Assembly (NCBI GenBank): GCA_050257395.1
Contig: JBLMWU010000214.1
Location: 3,606 to 67,605, forward strand
Direction: 5' to 3'
Source of the DNA: Gemmatimonadota bacterium
Lineage (GTDB): Bacteria > Actinomycetota > Actinomycetes > Streptosporangiales > Streptosporangiaceae
DNA length: 64,000 bases
Made by a program: the position numbers and the translations under genes. Every line of letters begins with the position of its first letter. The first letter of the stretch is position 1. Below are positions 54,358 through 63,778 of this stretch, piece after piece. A model generated the notes under the pieces. It was not told the DNA's origin. It did no database searches and was given only the letters and a program-made list of their open reading frames with translations.

Positions 54358-55220
54358 TGATGCAGCCCGGGACCGCGGCCGGCATCGTCGGCCCCGCCTA
54401 CGCCGCGGGCCGGGGCGCCGGCGCGTTCAATGTGATCGGCATCGAGCACGCGGAGGCGATCGCCGCGGGGGCCGAGACCGCGGCAGCGCCCGTTCTGCTG
54501 CAGATCAGTGAGAACTGTGTCCGCTACCACGGCGCCCTGGAGCCGCTGGGCCGGGCCTGCGTGGCGATAGCCCGGTCGGCCGCGGTGCCGGTGGGCGTGC
54601 ACCTGGATCACGCGACCAGCCCGGACCTGGTCCGCGCCGCCGCCGGCCTGGGCTTCGGGTCGGTCATGTTCGACGCGTCCCGGCTGCCCTACGCGCAGAA
54701 TGTCCAGCAGACCGCCGAGATCGCCCGCTGGTGCCACGAGCGCGGCCTGTGGGTGGAAGCGGAACTCGGTGAGATCGGCGGGAAGGACGGCGTGCACTCG
54801 GCCACGGCCCGGACCCGCCCGGACGAGGCGGCCGGCTACGTGGCCGCCACCGGTGTGGACGCGCTCGCGGTGGCGGTCGGCAGCTCGCACGCCATGCTGA
54901 CCCGCACCGCCGTGCTGGACCTGGGCCTGATCACCCGCATCCGCGCCGCGCTCGGCGTGCCGCTGGTGCTGCACGGCTCCTCGGGGGTGCCCGACGGCGA
55001 GCTCGCCGCCGCGATCCGGGCGGGCATGACGAAGATCAACGTGGCGACCCAGCTGAACAAGGTCTACACCGCCGCGATCCGCGCATATCTGGCCGCCAAT
55101 ACGACAATGGTGGATCCCAGGAAGTACGGTGCGGCAGGGCGCGACGCGGTGGCCGCGGAGGTTGCCCGCCTGCTGACAGTGATCGGAGGCGCCGGTGAGC
55201 CGGTACCGGCGGTGGAATGA
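54357..55220 (+). CDS. Class II fructose/tagatose-bisphosphate aldolase (GatY/KbaY-like)
   Basis: GAFNVIGIEHAEAI, VGVHLDHA and LHGSSGVPD zinc/catalytic motifs are present. Confidence 0.85.
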   Translation: MMQPGTAAGIVGPAYAAGRGAGAFNVIGIEHAEAIAAGAETAAAPVLLQISENCVRYHGALEPLGRACVAIARSAAVPVGVHLDHATSPDLVRAAAGLGFGSVMFDASRLPYAQNVQQTAEIARWCHERGLWVEAELGEIGGKDGVHSATARTRPDEAAGYVAATGVDALAVAVGSSHAMLTRTAVLDLGLITRIRAALGVPLVLHGSSGVPDGELAAAIRAGMTKINVATQLNKVYTAAIRAYLAANTTMVDPRKYGAAGRDAVAAEVARLLTVIGGAGEPVPAVE

Positions 55221-55980
55221 GCTGCTGGAACTGCTGGCCGCGGCCGGGCAGCTCCAGGTCGAGGAGGCCGCGAAGGAACTGGGGGTGTCCGCCGCCACCG
55301 TCCGCCGCGACTTCGACGAACTCGCCCGGCAGCAGATGCTCACCCGGATCCGCGGCGGCGCCGTCGCCCAGGGCGTCACCTACGACCTGCCGCTGCGGTA
55401 CAAGAGCGAGCGGCACCCGTCGGAGAAGCAGCGCATCGCGGCGGTGGCCGCCGCGCTGGTGCGGCCCGGCCAGGTGATCGGGCTGAACGGCGGCACCACC
55501 ACCACCGAGGTGGCCCGCGCGCTGGCCACCCGTTCCGACCTGAGCACGGGGACCACCGGGCCCGCGCTCACCATCGTCACCAACGCCCTCAACATCGCGA
55601 CCGAGCTGGCGGTCCGCCAGCACATCAAGATCGTCACCACCGGCGGGGTGGCCCGCCCGCAGTCCTACGAGCTGGTCGGGCCGCTGGCCACCGGCGTGCT
55701 GGAGCAGGTCACCCTGGACGTGGCGTTCGTGGGCGTGGACGGGATCGACGCGGCGGCGGGCGCGACCGCGCACCACGAGGGCGAGGCGAGCATCAACCGG
55801 CTGATGGCGCAGCAGGCGGACCGGGTCGTCGTCCCGGCGGACAGCTCCAAGGTGGGCCGGCGCGCGTTCGCCCGGATCTGCACGGCCGCGGAGATCGACG
55901 TCCTCGTCACCGACACCGGGATCGCGGCGGCGGACGCCGCCCGGCTGGAGGAGGCCGGGGTGCAGGTTGTCACCGCCTGA
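55195..55980 (+). CDS. DeoR-family transcriptional regulator
   Basis: HTH VEEAAKELGVSAATVRRDFDELA and a C-terminal sugar-phosphate sensor domain. Confidence 0.8.
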   Translation: MSRYRRWNELLELLAAAGQLQVEEAAKELGVSAATVRRDFDELARQQMLTRIRGGAVAQGVTYDLPLRYKSERHPSEKQRIAAVAAALVRPGQVIGLNGGTTTTEVARALATRSDLSTGTTGPALTIVTNALNIATELAVRQHIKIVTTGGVARPQSYELVGPLATGVLEQVTLDVAFVGVDGIDAAAGATAHHEGEASINRLMAQQADRVVVPADSSKVGRRAFARICTAAEIDVLVTDTGIAAADAARLEEAGVQVVTA

Positions 55981-56977
55981 CCCGGCAGCGCCTGACCCGG
56001 CAGCGGCCGTGCGGCCCGATCTGGTGGTGATCGGCGACTGCAACCCGGACGTGCTCGTGCTGGGCGAGGACGTGACGCCCGCGTTCGGGCAGCAGGAAAA
56101 GCTGGTCGAGAGCATGTCGCTGGTGGTCGGCGGCTCCGCGTCGATCACCGCGGTCGCAGCGGCGCGGCTCGGCCTCAGGGTCACCCTGGTGGCGGCGGTC
56201 GGCGCGGACCCCGCGGGCCAGTTCATGCTGGACCAGCTGGCCAGCGAAGGCGTTGGCACCGGCGCGGTGGCTGTCCGCAGCGACCTGCCGACCGGCATGA
56301 CGGTGGCGCTGTCGCGGGGCGGTGACCGGGCGATCCTGACCGCCACCGGCGCGGTCGCCTCGCTCACCGCGCGGGACGTCCCGGCGCCGCTGCTGGCCGT
56401 GGCCCGCCACGTGCACATCAGCTCCTACTTCCTGCTGGCGGACTCACTCGGGCCCGGCCTGGCCGGGCTGATGGCGTCGGCGCGGGCGGCCGGGGCGGCC
56501 GTCTCGCTGGACACCAACTGGGACCCGGCCGGCCGCTGGGCCGCGGACGGCCGGCTGGCCGGCGTGCTCGCCCAGGCCGGCCTGCTGCTGCCCAACGAGG
56601 CGGAGGCGCTGCGGCTGAGCGGGGAGCCGGACCTGGCCGCGGCGGCCCGGGCACTCACCGCGGGCGGGGCGAGGCTGGTGGTGAAGCTCGGGGCCAGGGG
56701 CGCGCTGTGCGCGGACGGGCGCGAGCGCTACCGGGTCAGCCTGCCGCCGGTGACGCCGGTCGATGCCACCGGGGCGGGTGACTGCTTCAACGCGGGCCTG
56801 ATCGCCGGGCTGCTCAGCGGCCTGCCGCTGCCCCGGGCGGCCGCACTCGGCTGCGCGGCCGGGGCGCTGTCCACCCGGGCCCCCGGCGGCACCGGGAGCT
56901 GTCCCAACCTGGCCGCGGCGACGGCCCTGGCGGGGCAGGCGGTCATCCGGGACGCAGCGGAAGCGCCGCTGCCGTAG
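55967..56977 (+). CDS. PfkB/ribokinase-family sugar kinase
   Basis: The DATGAGDCFNAG anion-hole motif is present. Confidence 0.8.
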   Translation: MSPPDPAAPDPAAAVRPDLVVIGDCNPDVLVLGEDVTPAFGQQEKLVESMSLVVGGSASITAVAAARLGLRVTLVAAVGADPAGQFMLDQLASEGVGTGAVAVRSDLPTGMTVALSRGGDRAILTATGAVASLTARDVPAPLLAVARHVHISSYFLLADSLGPGLAGLMASARAAGAAVSLDTNWDPAGRWAADGRLAGVLAQAGLLLPNEAEALRLSGEPDLAAAARALTAGGARLVVKLGARGALCADGRERYRVSLPPVTPVDATGAGDCFNAGLIAGLLSGLPLPRAAALGCAAGALSTRAPGGTGSCPNLAAATALAGQAVIRDAAEAPLP

Positions 56978-57109
56978 CCCGGGCCGCTGATGGCGGACGT
57001 CCCTGCCTGCTCTGGACTTCCGGCACTTGCCGGCGCCAGATAGAGAGAAGTCAGCTTCCATCAGGAACCTGCAGTCTGCGCGGCGACGATCATGTGAGAC
57101 GGGGGCCCG

Positions 57110-59026
57110 GTGAGCGAAGACACGGTTTCCGCACCCGGTCACGGGGCATCGCAGCACCAGCCGCCGGAGCATCCGGCGACCGAGGTCCGGCGCGGCTCCA
57201 GCGGGGCGGGCGCGCTCCCGGCCGCGATCGGACCGGGCAGCGAGATCGCCGGCTACCGCGTCGAGGAGCAGATCGGCCAGGGCGGCATGGCCGCGGTGTA
57301 CCGCGCCCACGACGAGCGCCTGAACCGCCCGGTGGCGCTCAAGCTGCTCGCACCGGCGCTGGCCACCGACACCGCGTTCCGGCAGCGGTTCATCCGGGAG
57401 TCCCGGGCCGCGTCCGCCGTGGACCATCCCAACATCATCCCGGTCTACGACGCCGGCGAGACCGACGGCATCCTGTACATCGCCATGCGGTACGTGCACG
57501 GCGGCGACGTCGGGTCGCTGGTCCGGCGGGACGGCCCGCTTGCCCCCGCCCGGGCCTGGGCCATCATCAGCCAGGTCGCCTCCGCGCTCGACGCCGCCCA
57601 TGAGCACGGCCTGATCCACCGCGACGTCAAGCCGGCGAACATGCTGCTCGACGCCGGCACGGCCACCGGCTGGCTCGGCCCGGGTGCCGCCGCAGGCCGG
57701 GCCGAGCACGTGTACCTGTCCGACTTCGGGATCAGCAAGCAGTCGGTAGCCACCGCGGGCACCCTCACCAAGACGGGCCAGTTCGTCGGAACCCTCGACT
57801 ACATCGCGCCCGAGCAGCTGCAGGGCGGCACCGTGGACGGCCGCACCGACCTGTACTCCCTGGGCTGCGCCGCGTTCGAGCTGCTCAGCGGCGTGCCGCC
57901 GTTCCACCAGGACCGGGAGTTCGCGCTGATCCGGGCGCACCTCGCCGACCCGCCGCCGCTGCTGACCGCGCACCGCGCCGGGATCCCCCCGGACGCCGAC
58001 CGGGTGCTGGCCCGGGCGATGGCCAAGTCGCCCGCTGAGCGCCACGCCACCTGCGCCGAGTTCGCCAGGGACCTGGGCCGGGCGCTGGGGCTGGTGGCCG
58101 CCGGGCCCTCGCCGCCGCCGCTGGCCCCGGTGCCGCCGCAGGCGCTGCAGCCGACAGCGCCCGCAGCAGCCGGCCTGCCGGTCCCGCCCGCGGGGCCGGT
58201 GACTCCCGCCGGCCCGGTTCCCCCCACCTCCGCGGATCAGATCCCCACCGCGCTCACCCCGGGCCCGGTGACCGGCGGGACGCCCCCGGGCGGCACCGGC
58301 TGGCCGCAGCAGCCGCCCCAGCGCACGGCCTACGGGCAGTCCTGGCCGCCCGGGCCGGGCTGGCAGGAGCCGCCGCCCCGGCGCCGCTCCCGCAGCATGA
58401 TCATCGCGGTGATCACCGCCGTGGTGGTCCTGCTGGCGGCGGGCGCCGCGGCCGCCGTCTACTTCTACAGCCACCGGCAGCCGGGCACCCCGGCGCCAAC
58501 CGCCGCGCCCAGCGTGCCGGCATCGTCCGGGCAGCCTCCGGTGACGTCGGCGCCGCCGTCGGAGCCGGTGACGTCACCGCAGCCGAACCCGGCCGCGCGC
58601 GCCCAGGCGACCGACATCAGCAACCTGCTGCAGACCGGCCACGGCAGCAGCACGCAGCTGTCGGACGCCGCCGCGAACATCCGGACCTGCACCAATGTCC
58701 CGCAGAACGTGCAGGTGATCCAGCAGGTCCGCGACCAGCGCCAGGCCGAGCTCAGCCAGGCCCAGACGCTGTCCGTGAACGCCCTGAGCAACGGCGCCCA
58801 GCTGAAGACGAGCCTGGTGCAGGCGCTGCAGGATTCGCTGACCGCGGACGACGCCTATCTGACGTGGGCTCAGCAGCAGGAGGCGAGCTGCACGCCCGGC
58901 AGCCAGTCCAGCGACGCGGCCGCCGCCGACGCGCAGGCCGTGAGCAGCAAGCAGGCGTTCATCGGGCGGTGGAACCCGGTCGCCGCCCAGTACGGCCTGC
59001 CCCGGGAAACAGTGGCGTCCATCTAG
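57110..59026 (+). CDS. Hanks-type Ser/Thr protein kinase with one TM helix and extracellular domain; paralog of the 16724 kinase
   Basis: Its kinase domain is nearly co-linear with the 16724 kinase (GYRVEEQIGQGGMAAVYRAHD...HRDVKPANML...DFGISK...YIAPEQ). TM helix MIIAVITAVVVLLAAGAAAAVYF. Confidence 0.85.
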   Translation: MSEDTVSAPGHGASQHQPPEHPATEVRRGSSGAGALPAAIGPGSEIAGYRVEEQIGQGGMAAVYRAHDERLNRPVALKLLAPALATDTAFRQRFIRESRAASAVDHPNIIPVYDAGETDGILYIAMRYVHGGDVGSLVRRDGPLAPARAWAIISQVASALDAAHEHGLIHRDVKPANMLLDAGTATGWLGPGAAAGRAEHVYLSDFGISKQSVATAGTLTKTGQFVGTLDYIAPEQLQGGTVDGRTDLYSLGCAAFELLSGVPPFHQDREFALIRAHLADPPPLLTAHRAGIPPDADRVLARAMAKSPAERHATCAEFARDLGRALGLVAAGPSPPPLAPVPPQALQPTAPAAAGLPVPPAGPVTPAGPVPPTSADQIPTALTPGPVTGGTPPGGTGWPQQPPQRTAYGQSWPPGPGWQEPPPRRRSRSMIIAVITAVVVLLAAGAAAAVYFYSHRQPGTPAPTAAPSVPASSGQPPVTSAPPSEPVTSPQPNPAARAQATDISNLLQTGHGSSTQLSDAAANIRTCTNVPQNVQVIQQVRDQRQAELSQAQTLSVNALSNGAQLKTSLVQALQDSLTADDAYLTWAQQQEASCTPGSQSSDAAAADAQAVSSKQAFIGRWNPVAAQYGLPRETVASI

Positions 59027-59080
59027 GCTTCCGTCCTGCACCCAGGAGATCAGGTAAAGCCGGGAAGAGGACTGGCTGGC

Positions 59081-59494
59081 CTACTGGTCCTCTGTGCCGT
59101 CGTTCCAGACGTTGAGCCACAGGTCACCGGGCAGAGCCAGCAGGCGCTGCATGATTGTGCGGTCGAGCTCGGCGGCGCGTTCGGTGGGGTGTGAGGCGAC
59201 GAGGCAGAACCAGTTCGCTTCGTAGCCCTCGCGCACCAGCTCCCACAACCGCGCCGCCACCGGTTCGAGGATCGCCAGCAGCCGGCGCAGATGCTCGCTG
59301 AGCTCGGTCCCGGACTCGATGCTCGAGCTGGAGCTCAGCAGCCACGCCGAGGAGCCGCGGGTGAGCGATGACCGGCTGCTCACCCGGTCGGCTGCCTCCG
59401 CGGTCCAGGTCGGCTCCACCCCGAGCCGGAGGGTCACCGCCGCAGCCGTCAGCTCAGCGCCTCCGAACAGGCGGAATGTGGCTTTCGTCTCCAC
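59081..59494 (-). CDS. Hypothetical protein, DUF4279-like
   Basis: The FRLFGGAELTAAAVTLRLGVEPT N-terminus resembles DUF4279 proteins; a weak call. Confidence 0.4.
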   Translation of the reverse strand: METKATFRLFGGAELTAAAVTLRLGVEPTWTAEAADRVSSRSSLTRGSSAWLLSSSSSIESGTELSEHLRRLLAILEPVAARLWELVREGYEANWFCLVASHPTERAAELDRTIMQRLLALPGDLWLNVWNDGTEDQ

Positions 59495-59531
59495 ATCCGC
59501 CAGTCTCAGTGACGCAGCCGGTCAGCGCCTC

Positions 59532-59780
59532 TCATTTATGTGCGGCGGCCGCGGCGCCGGGGTCTTCCGGCATGTACTCGACCGTGATCCCGGCGTTCGG
59601 CTTCACACCGGCCAGGGCCGGCAGCACGTGATTGAGGACCTGCTCGGCGGTGGCCTTGTGCCGGTTGCCCGCGGCGGTGATCTGATACCAGCCACCCTTG
59701 TCCCTGGCGAAGTAGTAGTAGAAGCGGCCCGTCTTCTTCGAGCTGAACGAGATGCGGTACTCCGTGTTGCGCAGCGTCAT
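59532..59780 (-). CDS. Small hypothetical protein
   Basis: ORF starting MTLRNTEYRISF; no motif recognised. Confidence 0.35.
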   Translation of the reverse strand: MTLRNTEYRISFSSKKTGRFYYYFARDKGGWYQITAAGNRHKATAEQVLNHVLPALAGVKPNAGITVEYMPEDPGAAAAAHK

Positions 59781-59856
59781 CGCCCTCTCCCCCGCGGCCG
59801 GCCCGGCCCGCGCCGGGATCAGCGGCACCCTTCACGCCTGATTATGGCGCGGCCGG

Positions 59857-60786
59857 TCATGCCGTCCCGTTGCGGAAGTAGTGGCCCTTTTCGAGGTCGT
59901 CGATGAGCCCCGGCTGGACCGGCTGCCACCCCGTCAGCTCGCGGGTCAGCAGGCTCGACGCCGGGCCGTCGGCGCCGATAAAGGCGGCCAGCCAGCTGAA
60001 ATGGCCGGCTGCGTGCTCTGGGGCGATGGCGGCCACGGGGACGCCGAGCTGCCGGCCGATCACGCCGGCGACGGCCCGGATGGGCACGCCCTCGTCGGCG
60101 ACCGCGTGCAGAGTCGTTCCCGCCGGGACGTTCTCCAGCGCCAGCCGGAACAGGTGCGCGGCATCCAACCGATGTGCCGCTGGCCAGCGGTTGGCCCCGT
60201 CGCCGAGGTAGCCGGAGACGCCCTTGTCGCGGGCGATGCCGACCAGGGTCGCCATGAATCCGTGGTCCCCTTCGCCGTGCACCGTCGGCGGGAGCCGCAG
60301 CACGGACGAGCGGACGCCGCGGGACGCGAGCGAGAGCGTCAGCTCCGCCGTGTCCTGCCGGGTCCGCGGACCGGCTGGCAACCCGGCCGGGGCCGGGCCG
60401 TGCCCGTCCCGTTCGGTCGCCAGCTGCCCGGGCGCGACCATGAGCGTCCCGGAGGCGATGACGAGCGGCCGGTCAGATCCGGCGAGTGCCTCGCCGATCG
60501 TCTCGACCGCACGGCGGTCCGCATCGGCGGCGCCCTGAAAGCCCCCTGAGAACGCGGCGTCGTGCTTGAACGCCAGGTGGATCACGCCGTCGGACGCGGC
60601 CGCCGCGCTGTGCAGGGTGTCGAGGTCATCAAGCGTGCCGCGCTGGACCGCTGCCCCGGCCGCGGTGAGGGCGGCGGCCGAGGCGTCCGACCTGGCGAGC
60701 CCGGTGACCTGGTGACCTGCCTCGATGAGCTCAGGAACGAGGGCGGAGCCGATCCAGCCGGATGCGCCGGTGACGAAAACGCGCAT
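59857..60786 (-). CDS. NAD(P)-dependent oxidoreductase (NmrA-like / atypical SDR)
   Basis: VFVTGASGWIGSALV Rossmann motif. It is divergent from a TetR gene. Confidence 0.8.
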   Translation of the reverse strand: MRVFVTGASGWIGSALVPELIEAGHQVTGLARSDASAAALTAAGAAVQRGTLDDLDTLHSAAAASDGVIHLAFKHDAAFSGGFQGAADADRRAVETIGEALAGSDRPLVIASGTLMVAPGQLATERDGHGPAPAGLPAGPRTRQDTAELTLSLASRGVRSSVLRLPPTVHGEGDHGFMATLVGIARDKGVSGYLGDGANRWPAAHRLDAAHLFRLALENVPAGTTLHAVADEGVPIRAVAGVIGRQLGVPVAAIAPEHAAGHFSWLAAFIGADGPASSLLTRELTGWQPVQPGLIDDLEKGHYFRNGTA

Positions 60787-60797
60787 GAGAACATCCT

Positions 60798-60858
60798 CCA
60801 CTGTGATGTCAGTCGCTGTCATCACAGCCTAACACCCGATGTCAGCCGCTGTCATCAC
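60798..60858. promoter_or_regulatory. Two tandem copies of the inverted repeat GATGTCAG(T/C)CGCTGTCATC in the SDR/TetR divergent intergenic region (candidate TetR operators)
   Basis: Seen directly: ctgTGATGTCAGtcgCTGTCATCAcag ... cgATGTCAGccgCTGTCATCAca. Confidence 0.55.
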
Positions 60859-60860
60859 AT

Positions 60861-61439
60861 ATGATTCCGGGCATGGGTCGATGGGAGCCGAACGCGCGCG
60901 GCCGGCTGGAGCAGGCGGCGCTGGAGCTCTTCACCGAGCGCGGCTTCGAGCAGGCCACGGTGACGGAGATCGCCAGGCGGGCCGGGCTGACGCAGCGGAC
61001 CTTCTTCCGGCACTTCGCCGACAAGCGCGAGGTGCTGTTCTGGGGCCAGGGGACGCTGCAGGAACTCCTCGTGAGCACCATCGCCAGCGCACCGGAATCC
61101 GCGGCCCCGATCGACGCGGTCGCGGCGGCCCTGGCGGCCGCCGGCGCCATGCTGCAGCAGCGCCGCGAGCTCGCCCGGCAGCGCCAGGCCATCATCAACG
61201 CCAACCCTGAGCTGCGGGAACGCGAGCTGATCAAGCTCGCGGCGCTCGGCTCGGCGATCGCGGGCGCGCTGCGCCAGCGCGGCGTCGCCGGCCCGGCCGC
61301 GAGCCTGACCGCCGAGGCTGGCATCGCCGTCTTCAAGATCGCGTTCGAGCGCTGGGTCAGCGAGCCCGGCCAGCCGGACCTGCCGCAGCTCATCCGGGAT
61401 TCGCTCGGTGAGCTGAAAGCCGTCACCGCGGGCGGCTGA
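60861..61439 (+). CDS. TetR-family transcriptional regulator
   Basis: HTH RLEQAALELFTERGFEQATVTEIARRAGLTQRTFFRHF. Confidence 0.85.
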   Translation: MIPGMGRWEPNARGRLEQAALELFTERGFEQATVTEIARRAGLTQRTFFRHFADKREVLFWGQGTLQELLVSTIASAPESAAPIDAVAAALAAAGAMLQQRRELARQRQAIINANPELRERELIKLAALGSAIAGALRQRGVAGPAASLTAEAGIAVFKIAFERWVSEPGQPDLPQLIRDSLGELKAVTAGG

Positions 61440-61528
61440 TCACCCGCGGCTGGCCAGCCACGCCGGCCATCGCCTTCCCCACCCCTGACCGCTGGCGAAT
61501 GTGCCCCCTGGGCGGGGACCCCAGGGCA

Positions 61529-62992
61529 CTATGGTGCGGGCGGGAATGCCGGGTAATGGTGGCCCAGGGTGCGGGTGCAGGCCGCCCAGGCGGCCCGGCC
61601 GGGGGGCTTGCCTGCCAGGATGAACGCGGTGGACTGGGCTGCGATGCAGCCGGTGGCGGTCACCTGGTGCGACCCGCCGGGGACGGTGACCAGCAGCGCG
61701 TTGGGCATGGTCCGCGGCGCGGACGCGACGTTGGCCGGCGGGTCCGCCGGGTCGGCGGTGCCGTTGACGAACACGGCCGGGACATTGCTGTGCACCACTC
61801 CCGACACTCCCGCGTCGTGCGGCCAGACCGCGCATAGTTGCCGCTGCCAGGCCGCCGTGGCGGCCAGCGCCGGGGTGAACAGGGACACCCGGGCCTGCTG
61901 GGCGATCGCGGCGGGGTTCATCGCGGCCCAGGCGTCGCCGCAGCGGATGGTGATCATCTGCAGCTGACTTGTATCGGCCGCGGATGAGGCCGCGGACGCC
62001 AGGCCGCGCTCGCTGATGACCCTGGCCCACTGGCCTTGGGCGAAGGCGTGCAGGTCCCCGGGCAGCAGGACCGCCGTGTCCGGCGAGGAGAGGTAGTCGT
62101 CGATGACGGCGTTGAGGAAGGCGGGCAGGGTGATGGTGAGCGCCTGCTTCTTGCCGCTGGGGCCGGTGATGGTGACCCGGGCGGGGTGGGCGCGCAGGCG
62201 GCTGGCCACCGTGGCCAGGTCGGCGGCCGGATGGTAGGACCGGGCGCAGGCCGGGGCGGCCGCGCAGCGGCGGGCCAGCTGGCTGAAGGCCTGCTGGGCG
62301 TGCAGGGGAGTCAGCTGCCAGAGCGGGACGTTGAGCAGCGAGCCGCTGTAGAACACCGCCGTGCGCACGTGCGCGCCGTAGCGCTGCAGGTAGGCCAGGC
62401 CCATGGACACGCCATAGGAGCCGCCGTAGATGTTGATCTTGCTGTAGCCCAGGGCCTTCCTGACCTGATCCAGGTCCCGGGCGGCGGAGGTGGTGGTGTC
62501 GTGGCGCGGGCTGCGGCTGACCAGCGCCAGGCACCTGCGGACGGCCGTGCGCAGCCCCGGCCCGGTGGCCGTCAGCCCCGGGCAGGTCTGCGGCCAGGAC
62601 AAGGCGGTGCCGCGCTGGGCGGCGAACACCAGGTCCATGCGCTGGTTCAGCTGCCCGAAAGCCTGCACCGCCCAGTCAGCGTCACCGATGGCGGAACCGC
62701 CCCAGCCGGCCAGGTAGAACAGCGGTGCCGCGCGATGGGTGGCGTCCGTGGCGGGCAAGACCGCGACCGTCAGCGGTATCTGCCGGCCGTGCGGATGTGC
62801 CCAGTCCTGGGGCACCCACACCGTGCGGCACCTCCCCAGATGCCCGGAGGGCGCGCAGCTCGTCCAGCTGGTCGGGAATGAGGCCCCGGGCGCAGGCGGC
62901 CGGCGCGGAACTGATCCGCTCCCGCAGCCAGCGGCCAGCGCCACAGCTGCCGCCAGCACCGCCCACCGGGGCCAGCGCCGCGGATTCTGCAT
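61529..62992 (-). CDS. Secreted alpha/beta-hydrolase lipoprotein (S33, tripeptidyl-aminopeptidase-like)
   Basis: Lipoprotein signal AVLAAAVALAAGCGS and nucleophile elbow GGSYG are present. Length about 490 aa. Confidence 0.7.
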   Translation of the reverse strand: MQNPRRWPRWAVLAAAVALAAGCGSGSVPRRPPAPGASFPTSWTSCAPSGHLGRCRTVWVPQDWAHPHGRQIPLTVAVLPATDATHRAAPLFYLAGWGGSAIGDADWAVQAFGQLNQRMDLVFAAQRGTALSWPQTCPGLTATGPGLRTAVRRCLALVSRSPRHDTTTSAARDLDQVRKALGYSKINIYGGSYGVSMGLAYLQRYGAHVRTAVFYSGSLLNVPLWQLTPLHAQQAFSQLARRCAAAPACARSYHPAADLATVASRLRAHPARVTITGPSGKKQALTITLPAFLNAVIDDYLSSPDTAVLLPGDLHAFAQGQWARVISERGLASAASSAADTSQLQMITIRCGDAWAAMNPAAIAQQARVSLFTPALAATAAWQRQLCAVWPHDAGVSGVVHSNVPAVFVNGTADPADPPANVASAPRTMPNALLVTVPGGSHQVTATGCIAAQSTAFILAGKPPGRAAWAACTRTLGHHYPAFPPAP

Positions 62993-63256
62993 CCCGGATG
63001 CTGGCCGGGCAGCACGCGTGCCCGCCATGATGACCACCTTCTGCCGCACGCCCGTGCCGGGGCTGACGGGCGCAGCCACATCCCGGCCGGCTCACGGACT
63101 CGCCTGGCAGCCACTGTTCCGCGGCCAGGCAGCGGACACGAGGGCCGAACGTCCGCTTGCTGGTCCCGCGGCCGCCAGCCGCGCCCTCGCCGTGGTTGGC
63201 GTCCCGTTCCACGCTGGCCCGGTGAACGACCTGATGTATTACCGGCAGCCCATGCC

Positions 63257-63658
63257 TCAGCCCAGGAACGAGGTGATCGCGGCGGTGAAGAAGGCCGGAT
63301 CGTCGAGCCACGGGAAGTGCGCGGCGCCAGGCTGGACGGTCACCGTGGCATTCGGGAACAGCCGCACGGCTGCTGCCGCGGTATCGGGCGCCGGGCTGAG
63401 GTCGAGCTCGCCCGCATAGATCAGCACCGGGGCGGCCAGCCGGCCGGCCGCCTCGCGGGTGGCGGCCGGGTCGAACGCACCCGGGGCACCGAAGCCGTCC
63501 CGCACCGGGCGGGAGCGCTCGCTGACCCCGGCATCGACGTGAGCACGGGCCGCGTCGTCCCAGCGGCCGTCGTCCCAGCGGCCGTAGAAGAACGGCATGT
63601 AGGCGCGCCGGTTCTCCATCGTGTCGTCCCCGGCCTCCGCCTTCTGGAGCGCGGCCAC
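63257..63658 (-). pseudogene. C-terminal fragment of an alpha/beta hydrolase (N-terminal part missing)
   Basis: Only about 130 aa are encoded, ending LIYAGELDLS...PGAAHFPWLDDP (catalytic His region). No room for an N-terminal domain before the HAD gene stop at 63779. Contains an in-frame 15-bp tandem duplication (GRWDD-GRWDD). Confidence 0.35.
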
Positions 63659-63778
63659 CGCGTCCGGGTACCACGGCTCACCCGACCTGCGCCCCAGTGC
63701 CGCCTGCCATTGCTCGTCAGTCTCCTCGCCCGCAAGGCAGTTGCCGCTGGCGCGCCGGATGATGCCCCGGTGGCGGGC

